This document shows, one piece after another, positions 49,801-64,000 of a stretch of DNA of 64,000 nt. This DNA comes from Ministeria vibrans ATCC 50519. Its lineage: Eukaryota; Protista; Filasterea. A model generated the notes under the pieces. It was not told the DNA's origin. It did no database searches and worked only from the letters and a program-made list of their open reading frames with translations. The stretch spans positions 59,972 to 123,971 of the forward strand of contig CALSCP010000738.1 of NCBI GenBank assembly GCA_943704425.1, written 5' to 3'. Each line of letters starts with the position of its first letter. Within the stretch, counting starts at the first letter, position 1. A program made the position numbers and the translations under genes.

Positions 49801-51359
49801 GAACGGACCAGTAAGAGACTTTTAGCAATTTTTTATGATGAATTGGATTTTGGATTTCAGCTCATTCAATGACACTCGATCTCGATCACTCCTAGACCAA
49901 TGCGGCAATTCAAGTGGCTCTTCTCTACACCACCATTACCGGTGCACGTCGCATCCGAGTGCACAATTTGTCGCTGCGCACCAGTTCACAGCTCGCTGAT
50001 GTGTTTCGCTGTGCCGAGCTCGACACTCTTATGAACTACATTAGCAAGGTACCTTGTTTGTTTTTTTTTTACATTCTACTTTGTTTCTCTCTATCACTTT
50101 GTTTCTATCACTTTGTTTTTGTTTGTTTCTATCACTTTGTTTTTGTTTGTTTCTTCACTTTGTTTCTATGACTTTGTTTCTATGACTTTGTTTCTATGAC
50201 TTTGTTTTTATGACTTTGTTTCTATGACTTTGTTTCTATGACTTTGTTTCTATGACTTTGTTTCTATGACTTTGTTTCTATGACTTTGTTTCTATGACTT
50301 TGTTTCTATGACTTTGTTTCTATGACTTTGTTTCTATGACTTTGTTTCTATGACTTTGTTTCTATGACTTTGTTTTTATGACTTTGTTTCTATGACTTTG
50401 TTTCTATGACTTTGTTTCTATGACTTTGTTTCTATGACTTTGTTTTTATGACTTTGTTTCTCTCTATCACTTTGTTTCTCTGCGTCACGTTTATTCTCTC
50501 TTTCACTTCTCTCTCTCAATCACTTTGTTTTTTTTTTCTCTTCAACGTCATTCTTGCTCTTTTTCGTGTGAAGGGAGCCATTGTGCAAATAATGCAGAAA
50601 CCACTGGAGCAGGTGCGCAAGTCGGTATCACAGTTAACGGTCGCTGTGCTGGGCTCGTACCGCAAAAACTGTGCAACGGCAAGCTCAACGGGCCAGCTGA
50701 TCCTGCCCGAGGCACTCAAGCTCATGCCTGCCTACATGGCGTCGCTGTTGCGCAACCCTGCCTTCCTGAACGGCCAAGAAGTGTCTCCGGACATGCGCGT
50801 GCATCTGTACCATCGATTGCGACGCCTCTCCGTACCCAACTCTATTGTGTACTTCTACCCACGCATAATTGATTTGGCTCTCGCCCTCGAAAACCCTTTT
50901 ATGCCCATTTTGCCGACTGTACGCGCTTCGATGATCCGCATTGAGAACGAAAAAATGTACCTGTGCGAGAATGGCTTTGAGCTGGTGCTCTGGGTCGGTC
51001 TGGGTGTTCCCAGCTCGCTTGTGCAGGCCATCTTCAACGTCTCCGACGTGCAACTGCTCAATGTCACCGCCACCGCACTACCCGAGCTTGAAAACTCTAC
51101 ATCGACTGGTGTGCGCAAGATTATTAGCCGTCTGCGCAACGAACGCAAAGAGTACATGCAGTTTAGGCTGTGCCGTCAAAAGGACGCAAGTGAGGGTCAA
51201 CTCTACCGAATGCTCGTCGAGGTACCATGTTGGTTGTTTTAAGTGTGCGACCGAACTCACTGTCGACTTATTTTGTAGGATGGTCATCCGGGGTGCATGA
51301 ACTACGTGGACTATCTGTGCTACACCCACAAGGAAATCCAGCACAGTATGGCAACTTAA
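46818..51359 (+). CDS. SEC24: COPII coat protein Sec24, C/D type
   Basis: Pro/Gln-rich N-terminus; RIDPDMIPSP; zinc finger RCNRCKAYVNP...CNIC; YVFAIDVS; RRIRVHNL; GQLILPEALKL; YVDYLC..HKEI. Confidence 0.96.
50091..50478. repeat. Intronic 14-bp tandem minisatellite (CTATGACTTTGTTT)n
   Basis: About 21 near-perfect copies at about 50166-50460, flanked by CTATCACTTTGTTT variants. Confidence 0.95.
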
Positions 51360-51485
51360 GATGCACTGAGACACAGACTGAGAGAAAGAGATAAATAAAT
51401 AAAGAGAAGATAGAGAGATAGATAGAAGATAGAGAGAGATAAGAGAAAGAAAAATACAAGAGAATACAATGATAACATACAAATT

Positions 51486-53474
51486 TTACTGAGCTTTGTA
51501 AAGGGCCTCACTATAATCAAGCATCTCAGGCATGGCAAGGATGTGCTTGAGGTGGAAGTGGGCTTGATCGGGAGTGCACGAGAGCTTGAAATCAAGCATG
51601 ACAAGCACCGACATCTCATAGGCAGAAATGTGGCGCATCGAGACGCCCAGTGTCTTGTCAATGGCACTCGCGAGTGGCTGCAGACCATTGTTGGTGGCGT
51701 GTGGATCGTGGAACTTGGCGGCAAGCCACAGACAGACGGCCGTGATGACTTTGCGATTCTCCTTGTTAATATACCCTTTGAGAATGACCCGCTCAAACAA
51801 CGTAAAGGCCAGCGCGACTGTGCTCACTTCAAACTTGGCGGTGAACACAGTGATGTGGACCATGTCGCGCTTGAGCGAACGCATTTTGCTAAGAGACAGA
51901 TGCACGGTGGGGTGCTTCTCCTTGAACATTTCGTTGAGATCACGTTTGAGATCGAGGGGACGCACATAGGCAAAGAGAGTCATAAGGTGGGTGTTGAAGG
52001 CAATCACTTGACGGTGTTTGCCGGAGCGCGTGTCGGGATCGTCCAGCTCCAGTAGATTGTATGGGGGCGGTTCGGTGGCGAGTGTGTCGCTGAAGGAGCG
52101 CTCTTCGTCGGTGGGACACCAAATGTCGGTAAGCACAGGCGTCGTGTCGATGTCATCGCTGGCAAGGGTCGTGCTGGGGTCGGCAGGCAGACCGCCCGGG
52201 CTGCTGTCACGGTTGCCGGCGTGCATATGGTGGGTATGGTGGTGATGCGACGACTGGGGTTTCAGACGCTTCTTGTGGTGCTGTTGAGAGTCCTCTTTCT
52301 GCTGCGCACGGTCGACCTCTTGCTCTTCGGTGCCCGCACGGCGTTTGCGCTGGTATGAAAGTACGCTTGTGATGGACACGGCTGTGTGGCCCACGGTGAG
52401 GACTAGACGACCTTGTGCAAGAGCTGATGGACCACCCGAGTAGGCCAAGGAAGGCGCTGCAAGCGTACCTGTGAACGCGCCAGCGGAGTAAACTCCACTT
52501 GATGCTGCTGCTGCTGCTGCTGCTGCTGCTGTAGCATCACCCGTGACGGGAGCGCTCTGGGGAAGAGGGAGGGTAGGGTGTGAGGGTACCTTGCCACCGC
52601 TGTATGCCATGTTTGCCATGGTCGTGCGGACCATGGGAAAGGGCGGTCGGCGTCGTGGTGCCACAATGATGGCATCTCCATCGGTGCCTATATGCGACAC
52701 CCAAATGTCATTGTTGTCTTCTCCATGGTGAGAGAAAGAGCCATCGGCGCTGCGTGTCACGGTTGTTTGTCGCCCCCCGCCGCTGTTGTGGTCGTTGGAC
52801 GTCAAGGCCGCTGCCGCCGTGGCAGCTACTGACGTGTTGTATTGGCCAAGCGACAGGCGGTTTTGGGTGGCAGGAGAGGTGATACTGGGCTGGCGCGATC
52901 GGAGTTTGCTAGGATGGTCGGCGGGGTCGTTTCTGTTGGCGACTACGACGCTCATGGAGGACGATGACAAGCGCAGGGCCGACGACGGGCGGTGGGTACG
53001 AAAACCGGCGTTGTGGGCGGCGGTCAGGTCGGCTAGCGGCGAGTCGCTTGCGGCCACAGCGTCGCCGTGTTCATCATGAATGTTTTCGCCTGATGAATGA
53101 AAATCCTTTCCGTCCAGTGGCGCTGTAACGCCCAACGTAGCGTCAAGGGGAGCAGCAGCCGTGGTGTTCGGTGCCATGTCGCTGTCGGGGGAGGCGGCAG
53201 AAGCAGCCGCAGCAGCCGCAGCAGCAGCGGCAGGATCGGGATTGTCGTTGGGAATGCGAGAGGGTGTTTCGTGCTGAACGCGGATGGAGGTGATGAGCCC
53301 GATGGCACGCGCACGAGATCGAGCCGAGCGTGGACGTCTTGCAGACGTGTGGTTTGCCGCAATGAGAGCGCCCAGGGCAAGCGAACTCGAGCGAGGACTG
53401 ACGGGCTTTCGCATTTTTATCGAAGTGTCTTTCTCGACGCGTTTTAATTCTCCAATGTCGTCGCGAGACGTCAT
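51486..53474 (-). CDS. CABLES: CABLES-family cyclin-box protein
   Basis: LDDPDTRSGKHRQV...YVRPLDLKRDLNEMFKEKHP..LSLSKMRSLK, STVALAFTLFERVI, NRKVITAVCLWLAAKF. Confidence 0.92.
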   Translation of the reverse strand: MTSRDDIGELKRVEKDTSIKMRKPVSPRSSSLALGALIAANHTSARRPRSARSRARAIGLITSIRVQHETPSRIPNDNPDPAAAAAAAAAASAASPDSDMAPNTTAAAPLDATLGVTAPLDGKDFHSSGENIHDEHGDAVAASDSPLADLTAAHNAGFRTHRPSSALRLSSSSMSVVVANRNDPADHPSKLRSRQPSITSPATQNRLSLGQYNTSVAATAAAALTSNDHNSGGGRQTTVTRSADGSFSHHGEDNNDIWVSHIGTDGDAIIVAPRRRPPFPMVRTTMANMAYSGGKVPSHPTLPLPQSAPVTGDATAAAAAAAAASSGVYSAGAFTGTLAAPSLAYSGGPSALAQGRLVLTVGHTAVSITSVLSYQRKRRAGTEEQEVDRAQQKEDSQQHHKKRLKPQSSHHHHTHHMHAGNRDSSPGGLPADPSTTLASDDIDTTPVLTDIWCPTDEERSFSDTLATEPPPYNLLELDDPDTRSGKHRQVIAFNTHLMTLFAYVRPLDLKRDLNEMFKEKHPTVHLSLSKMRSLKRDMVHITVFTAKFEVSTVALAFTLFERVILKGYINKENRKVITAVCLWLAAKFHDPHATNNGLQPLASAIDKTLGVSMRHISAYEMSVLVMLDFKLSCTPDQAHFHLKHILAMPEMLDYSEALYKAQ

Positions 53475-53658
53475 GCCGTGTCTCTGCCTACGCTTCAACA
53501 AAAGACAGGTGAAGATGCTGTTCTAATACACGGAATTGTTATTATTTCTTAATTCTTATCGATCATGCATTCACCTTTGACTATTATTTATCTTTCAATG
53601 TGCGGGATGACTTTCTTTCCGACTTCGGAAAAAACTGAAACCACTTTTTCATTTCTTT

Positions 53659-56600
53659 ATGGAGCGTCAGCCCTTGCTCACTTCGGGTCGTACTGGGGAC
53701 AAGGGGTCAGTGACATCTTCTGAAGTCTCCTCGATGAGCACGTCTCCACCACCGGGCACCAGCGACTCTCTGGAGCAGCTCGACGTTGAAGGTAGCCGAT
53801 CTGATTGGTCGCCACTTCCCGTTGCATTCCCTTGCAACCCACAGCTCGTCTTCGCCTTTCGCTTGCATCTCACGTTTGGTTTTGACCCCTCCCTTCTCCC
53901 CCCCCCCCCTCCTCCTCCTCCCCTCTCATCAGGTTACTACAGGCTGAGCCGGTGCAAAAACTTTTTCTTCGTCGTCTTCTCCATTCTTACCGGCGGCCTC
54001 CTTGCTCTCGTGAGCATGTGGCTCCCTATTCTGCGCACCCGACTCTCCTATGTACGCTGCAGCATCACGTCGGCCGAATGCGTTCTGGTGCGGCACGATC
54101 CCTCGGCCGCATTCACGCTCGAAAGCATTGAGCAGTCGGAGGTGCGCGACGTCGAGCGTCGCTGGTTCTCTCACCGCAAGCTGCGCTACGTCTACAACAA
54201 CGTCGCAGGCGCATTCAATCCATCAGCAGCATCACTTCCTCGTTTGGGCGACATCAAAGACGGCAGTGCCTCGCTGGCGGGACTCGGCGCGTCCGGTGTC
54301 CGACAGCAACAACTGGTCCACGGCGACAATGCCACGCCCGTTCCCGTGCGGCCCGTCTGGCAAGTGCTCGTCAGCGAAGCCCTCCACCCTTTCTACGTCT
54401 TTCAGATCTTCAGTGTCATCCTGTGGATGCTTGAGCCCTACATTGTGTACGCGTCGTGCATTCTTGTGATTTCGCTCGTGTCGCTCGCCATTGAAGTGTA
54501 CGAAACGTGTGCTAACGAACGTCGTCTGGCGGCCATGGCACACGCCCACGCAGCCCTCCCCAGCATCACTGTGGTTCGCGACGAAAAGCACGTGGTTGTT
54601 GACACAGCAGCTCTTGTGCCCGGTGACCTTGTCGTTGTCTCGCCGGGTCTCAGCTCGTGCGACATGGCACTCATTGATGGGCGCTGTGTGGTGGACGAGA
54701 GCATGCTCACCGGTGAGAGCGTCCCCGTCCAGAAACCCTCCTTGCAACCCGAAGACTTTTCCCTACACGCCAATACCTCGGTTCCCGCCCGCTCCGTCAT
54801 TTTTTCCGGCACACGCGTCATTCAAACGCGCGCTGGCACTCAAAAACACGTTCTGGCCATTGGTAAGACTACATCACGATGAATATGTACAACAGTCGAA
54901 AATTACGATTATAATAATTATTATAATAATAATATAATAATTTTGTTGCGTGTGTAGTTATCTGCACAGGGTTTCTGACTGCGCGTGGTGAGCTCTTGCG
55001 TTCCATCCTTCATCCCAAACCCACTCGTTCGTCGCGTCTCCAGTCCGACTCGGCCCGCTTTGTCCTCATTTTGGCCTTTCTCGCTCTCATTGGAATGATC
55101 TACTCCATCATTGACTTGCACAAGCAGGGGACAGTCACCAAACTGATTGTCATTCGTTCGCTCGATCTCATTACAATTGTGGTCCCACCGGGTAAGGAGA
55201 GAAAGAGAAACGTCCCACCTTTGTAAATACGTCGGCCAACTTTTTTTTTTTTTTTTAAGCCCTTCCGGCTGCGATGACTGTGGGCGCTGTGTTTGCGCTG
55301 TATCGTCTGAAAAAGTTTTCAGTGTACTGCACAAGTCCATCGCGTGTCAATGTGTGTGGCAATGTGGACACGCTCGTGTTTGACAAGACAGGCACACTTA
55401 CAGAGGACCAACTCGACGTGCTAGGGTTCCAACCAGTGCATACGAGTCACACCGCTAGTGTCACTAGTAGCAACACTGGCACTGGTACTGTCACTGGCAC
55501 TGGTGATGATGCATCTCCTGTGCACTTCCTGTCGCTTGAGAAACATCTCAGTGTGCTTCCCGATGCTCGTGTCGTGTGGGGCCTTGCTGCCTGCCATTCA
55601 CTTGAGTTGGTTGAGATGCCCGCTGAGAAGACCCACAATGACTTTGATTCACCAAGTACGAAACGCGACTTTGACTTATTATTATATTTTTTCTTATTAA
55701 TTTTTTTTTACTATTGTTGTTGTTGTGACTTTAGAAATGGAAAGTACGCTTGTTGGAGATCCTCTCGACGTCAAAATGTTTGAGGCACTTGAGGAGTGGT
55801 TTGTGGAGCACAATGGATCGTCGACGACCATCGTGTGGCGACCCAAAGAGAGTATGTTTTTAAACAAACACGTCGAATTCACTGTTTTAACGGCGGGCGG
55901 GGGGTTTCATTTCATATAGCTACCCAGACAACGCTCCGCATTGAACGCCAGATGTTGTTTGCGCCTGAACTTCGACGGAGCGGAGTCGTAGTGCATCACG
56001 AGAGCAAAAGCACAAGCAGTGACGCAGGCAATGACGCTGTGCTTGATTTTGACATCTTTGTGAAGGGTGCTCCTGAGGCAATTGTTCCACTCTGTGTGCC
56101 GGAGAGTGTTCCACAGGATCTAAAGGATCGTCTTCATGTGTACACCTCGGAAGGTACGGCCATCGTAATACTTTTTATAACTTTTAGCTTGCTTACACAA
56201 TGATTTTCGCCTAGGCTTTCGAGTGATCGCCTTGGCTCACCGACCGATTCAGCAGCAGACACGGTCATTTGTGATGGCGGAGTCGCGCGAGGCACTCGAG
56301 AGTCAATTGATCTTTTTGGGCTTTTTGGTGTTCCGGAACTGTCTCAAGAGCGAGACGAAAGGGGCGATTGAAGAGCTTCACGATGCGCAGACGTTGCACA
56401 TTGTGATGGCAACGGGAGACAACGCACTGACGGGGATTAGTGTGGCCTTGGAGTGTGGACTGGCACGACCACGGGACTACCGTGTTGCCGAGCGGGCTGG
56501 TGTGTTTCTGGGTGAGCTCAGCGGTACAGGTGGGGTGACGTGGACGCGTGTGTCTGAATGGCACCGGGCACGTGGACAGGGCAGTGGTGGTGGTGGTGGC

Positions 56601-58605
56601 GGTGGACAGGAGTTGGTGTCGTCCCCACGACTGAGCGGAAAGCGAGAGCATGGCGAGTCCGGTGGTCAACAGGAGCCAGTTGCTCTGGCGCAAGTGCCGC
56701 TGCGCAGTGTGTTGGCCGTGACGGGCGATGCGTTTGCCGCTCTTGTGAAGTCGGCTCAGTCGGACCCTGCCGAGACCGCTGAACTCGAGCGTGTTCTTCG
56801 CAACGGGTCTATTTTTGCACGAATGTCACCCTCGCAAAAGGCGCTGCTTGTCGAAGTAACACACGAGAAAGATACAAAGTGATAGAGGGAGAGAGAAGGG
56901 AGAAGGATACAAAGTGATAGAGAGAGTCAAGAATCATACGATAATAACTGTTGTGTAGTCGTACCAAGAGCGCCACCACATTGTGTCCATGTGTGGCGAT
57001 GGGGCCAATGACTGCAGTGCCCTCAAAGCTGCCCATGTGGGCATATCCTTGTCTGACACAGAGGCATCCGTTGCTGCTCCCTTTACCTGTCGCGAGTACG
57101 TCACTTGAGTTTATTATTATAATTATCAATTATTATTTTATACTGATTGTCTGACTTTAAACTTAGACAAAACATTTCGTGTGTGCCGAAACTGTTGTGT
57201 GAGGGGCGCGCTGCGCTCATGACGTCATTTGCTGTCTTCCGCTTTATGGCCATGTACAGTTTCATCCAGTTTACCAGTGTGCTCATTCTCTATCATATCA
57301 GCTCAAACTTGTAAGAGACGAGTTTAAGAGAGAGAGATAGAGATAGTTTGAGAGAGAAAGAGAGAGACAACGAAACAAAGTGATAGAGAGATGTGAGTCA
57401 TTGTGAAATTGTTTCATTCTTTTTTTTTGTAGGTCTGATTGGGAATATCTGTACATTGACCTGTTTCTCATTCTTCCCTTGGCACTCTTTATGGGCCGAC
57501 AGGTAAAAAAACGGAAGTAAAAAATTATACTGAAAGTGATATTGATAGACACCTGTTCGGAGTCTGTACAAGTCGGCACCACCATCACGACTGACGTCAC
57601 TGCCTATTATCGCCAGTCTCATTGGCCAAGTACGAAGCAAATTGTTGCGCAGTGGCAGAAGAATAACACGATTGGGCATTGTGTTTGTGTGCGTGTAGAT
57701 TGTGGTCCAGATTGCGTTTCAAGCGGGTTCTTATGCGTGGTTGACAGAGCGGTCGTGGTACCATCCACTGGTGCCCGTGCCTGACTGTACGTTTTACTGA
57801 CATTATGAGAATAATTTTTATTTCTGTCTTTTTCTTGTGTGTTTGTCTTAGTCTGAGAGATATTATGAGTGATGTGAATGTGTTATTAATTTTTCATTTA
57901 AGAATATTCTAATACTATAATACGTCAAAATAAATGATAATAATATTATTATTCTTATTAATAATGTTTATTAATTTTATTATTATTCTTGCTGGGTTTG
58001 TTTTAGCCGAGAATTATGTTTGTATGGAAAACAAACTCGTCTTCAGTGTGAGCGTATTTCAATACGTGACGGTTGCGACCGTCTTTATGATTGTAAGTCA
58101 TGTCAAAAAAACCTGAACCCTAACTTTAATCTTAACCCTAATTCTCTAGGGCGGACGACATCGCTCGTACCTCTGGACGAACAAACTATTGGTGTGCACC
58201 ATTCTCTTGGGCTACACCATCTCTGCTCTTCTCGCCTTTTTGCCCTATTCTGGGTTCACTCGTCTCTTTGAATTTGACGAAGAAATTCCTAAAGTAAGCA
58301 AAACCTCACTTTGGTCCGATTTAACAATCGTTATGATTACCACGTTGTAGTCTGGCAACATCGTGATTGCGATATTTGTGCTTGTGAACATTGCCTTGTC
58401 CTTTGCGGTTGAGCTGCTCGTTGTGCCTTTTGTGGTGTGGGCGCGGGATCGATGGCGTGCCCGCCGCTCGCTGGGTGGTGGTAGTGGTAGTAGCAGTGGT
58501 AGTGGTATGGCGGCGGCGCTGTTGGAGGGCGATGAGGATGGAGATCATGATGAGGAGAAGGATGAGGAGGCGACTGCTGTTGATGGGCGCCTTCTGTCCT
58601 CTTGA
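53659..58605 (+). CDS. P5B-type ATPase (ATP13A2/3, Ypk9-like), multi-exon
   Basis: [57 protein letters not shown]. Confidence 0.95.
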
Positions 58606-58831
58606 AACGATTTTGTATACACCAAAGAAATTTGTTTAGCTGACAGGCAACTTTTCTCCATGTAAATTGTAACGTGGGAGTTTGATGATTAAGAAGTTTA
58701 TAAGAAAATAAATAGAGAATCGAGTTGAATAAAAATCGAGAACTTGGACGAGTTTGATTTTTGATTTTTCAAGTTCTGAAATCTGAAAACTTCTGATCAG
58801 ATTTTCTGTTCTGTCTCTCCCTACCTCCATC

Positions 58832-62006
<3,175 letters not shown>

Positions 62007-62275
62007 ACATTGTCGTTCATACTTTCTTGTCGGTCCATTCGGCAACTCTGCTCTTGACCAGATGCCTTGTACTACCATGATCGTGATCATGGTATTTCTA
62101 GTAGCGTGCAAGTAAGTTGCTCTTTAACAAGAGTTTGAGTGAGTGACAATATTATTATTACCAAGACGTATCAATCAAAATTAATATAATTGGAAATGTC
62201 TTCTTCTGCTTCATAAAATAATAAATATATCCTTTATATTCTCTCGCGTCGCATCTGATTGCTCATAGGCACATC

Positions 62276-63852
62276 ATGCACGCTGCAACGCTGGCGATTG
62301 CGCTTAGCGTGTGCTTTGCGACGGGTGAGTTCTGTTATTTGTTTTGGGTTTGTATTACGTCGCTTTCCGCTCTACTCTCAGTGCGCCCAGGTGTTATGTA
62401 AAGCCCGTATAACCTATGCCGGTTTACGCAGCTGCCCGTGGCTTTGAGCGGAATTCCCATCAAACGCGTTTTTTTTTTTTCTCATACGTTTGCGGTTTCG
62501 TGTTTGACCTGAGTCTCGCCCGCAACTACGACGGCTTCACTCGTGCCACAGCCTCGCCCGAACGCCTGCCAGTCCATACGAATCGTCTTGTTATGCCGTC
62601 ATCCTTGCGTTTCACCTCCTCGCCTTCCCCACCCTCCGCAGCAGTCGAGAACGTGTCTCTAAAACGTTGTTTATCCTTTCGACAGCGCTCGGCGCCCTCC
62701 CGACGCCGCGCTACCTCTACAACGCCCAGACGCAGTCCTCGACTGCCACCAGTTGGCCATCTACCGGCACCACGACCGGCCGATCCTGGAATGTAAGCCC
62801 TGAAGCGACAGTGTGTGTGCGAAACGCCGTTTTGCGTCGGCTGGATCCGTCTCCAGAACAATCCTGTCGCAATTTGACTTTGCGTCATCTTTTCCTCCTC
62901 CTCTGCTTCCATTCCCCACCTCCTACACACCCATCGTTGCCCCCTTCAACCCTCTTCGAGACCGTTACGCACCTTTTTTTTTTTTTCTCTCTCTCTCTCT
63001 CTCTTGTTCGAAACACACTGTGAAACGTCCTCTGCAAATTTGTATAGTTTGGCCTGATTCGCCCAGCGCGCCGAACGGGCCAGTCTATGCCGGCATTTGA
63101 CGGCCTCGACCGTGCGTATGACTTTGAGTTCTTCACGTCGACGACCGCATTCCAGAACGGACAGTCCTTCTCGGAGCAGGGCACTCTGCATCAGACGAGT
63201 GCGATGATTGAGGTGGTGGTTCGTCCGGATTCGCTGACGACCACCGGTGCGCAGACCATCTGGGAAACTGGCGGGTACAGCACCACCTTCAACTCTATCC
63301 ACTCTTCTTCTCTTCTTCTCTCTTTCTGACCGTCTTTCTCTTTCCTATTTTTGTCTTTGTTGTTTCTTTGGTCTGTGAAGGACAACGCGAGGTGTCGGGC
63401 TCTATATCCGTGGCTCGACCCTATCTGTGCTTCAAACACCTCCCGGTGTTGCTGTGTCGACGACTCTGACGGCCTCCGACATCAGCGGATACGCCCTTGT
63501 CACTGTCGCCATCGACACTGTGTCCAACAACCGCACTTTGTACGTCAATGGCGAGCGTCGTGCCTCGCTGCCGGCTCCTGGTGCCACGCCTTGGTCTGGT
63601 TCTAACGATGCGGGTCTGGCAAGTACTCGTGGAAACTCGGGCGGTACCAGTGCCTCCTATGGCCGATTCCAAGGCCGCATTAGTCGCATGGCAATCTGGG
63701 AAAACACCCTCTTTACCGACGCCGAAGTGTCGCGTGACTGCGGTCCCGAACTCAGTGTTATCGGTGACTTTGTCCAGCGTGTCTGCACCGGCACAACCTT
63801 TAAGAAGACCTGTACCTTCTCCATCATCAACGGCACCTGCCCAAAACACAAG
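62276..63852 (+). CDS. Probably secreted LamG/concanavalin-like domain protein (3' partial; 5' exons uncertain)
   Basis: Signal-like MHAATLAIALSVCFAT; spliced SAMIEVVVRPD...QTIWETGG..GVGLYI...TLYVNG...FQGRISRMAIWE. Confidence 0.7.
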
Positions 63853-63894
63853 GTAGGTGCAACAGTCATTATTTTATTATTATTATTATTATTG

Positions 63895-64000
<106 letters not shown>

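Noticed and set aside
50091-50478. CRISPR-like array
   Set aside because: Head-to-tail 14-bp units with no unique spacers, inside a eukaryotic intron, and no cas genes.
58111-58142. Telomere-like CCCTAA words in an ATPase intron
   Set aside because: Only two degenerate copies; more simply branch-point-like CTAAC/CTAAT sequence.

Overview
Gene-dense, intron-rich eukaryotic nuclear DNA with about 24 protein-coding genes. Introns are short GT-AG, and introns and intergenic gaps are full of (GA)n, (CA)n, (ATT)n and poly-T tracts. There are two N-gaps. The gene content (alpha-spectrin, CABLES, SGSM, CUEDC1, RNF8-like, GILT, SLC35C1, PI-PLC) suggests an opisthokont, probably a unicellular holozoan; this is inference. 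Most six-frame ORFs are exon fragments or microsatellite noise, so gene spans below were spliced by eye and their boundaries are approximate. The standout is a circularly permuted tRNA-Ser(UGA) gene at 7577-7668. Its 3' half lies upstream of its 5' half, split at position 37/38. It has complementary leader/trailer, an upstream TATA and an oligo-T terminator. Other notable items: an expanded alpha-spectrin with a six-repeat super-period and a ~370-aa charged tail, an arrestin with two PDZ-like domains inserted, a PLC that stops at the start of its Y domain, an NPPF N6-adenine methyltransferase, and a dispersed intronic 14-15 bp motif.
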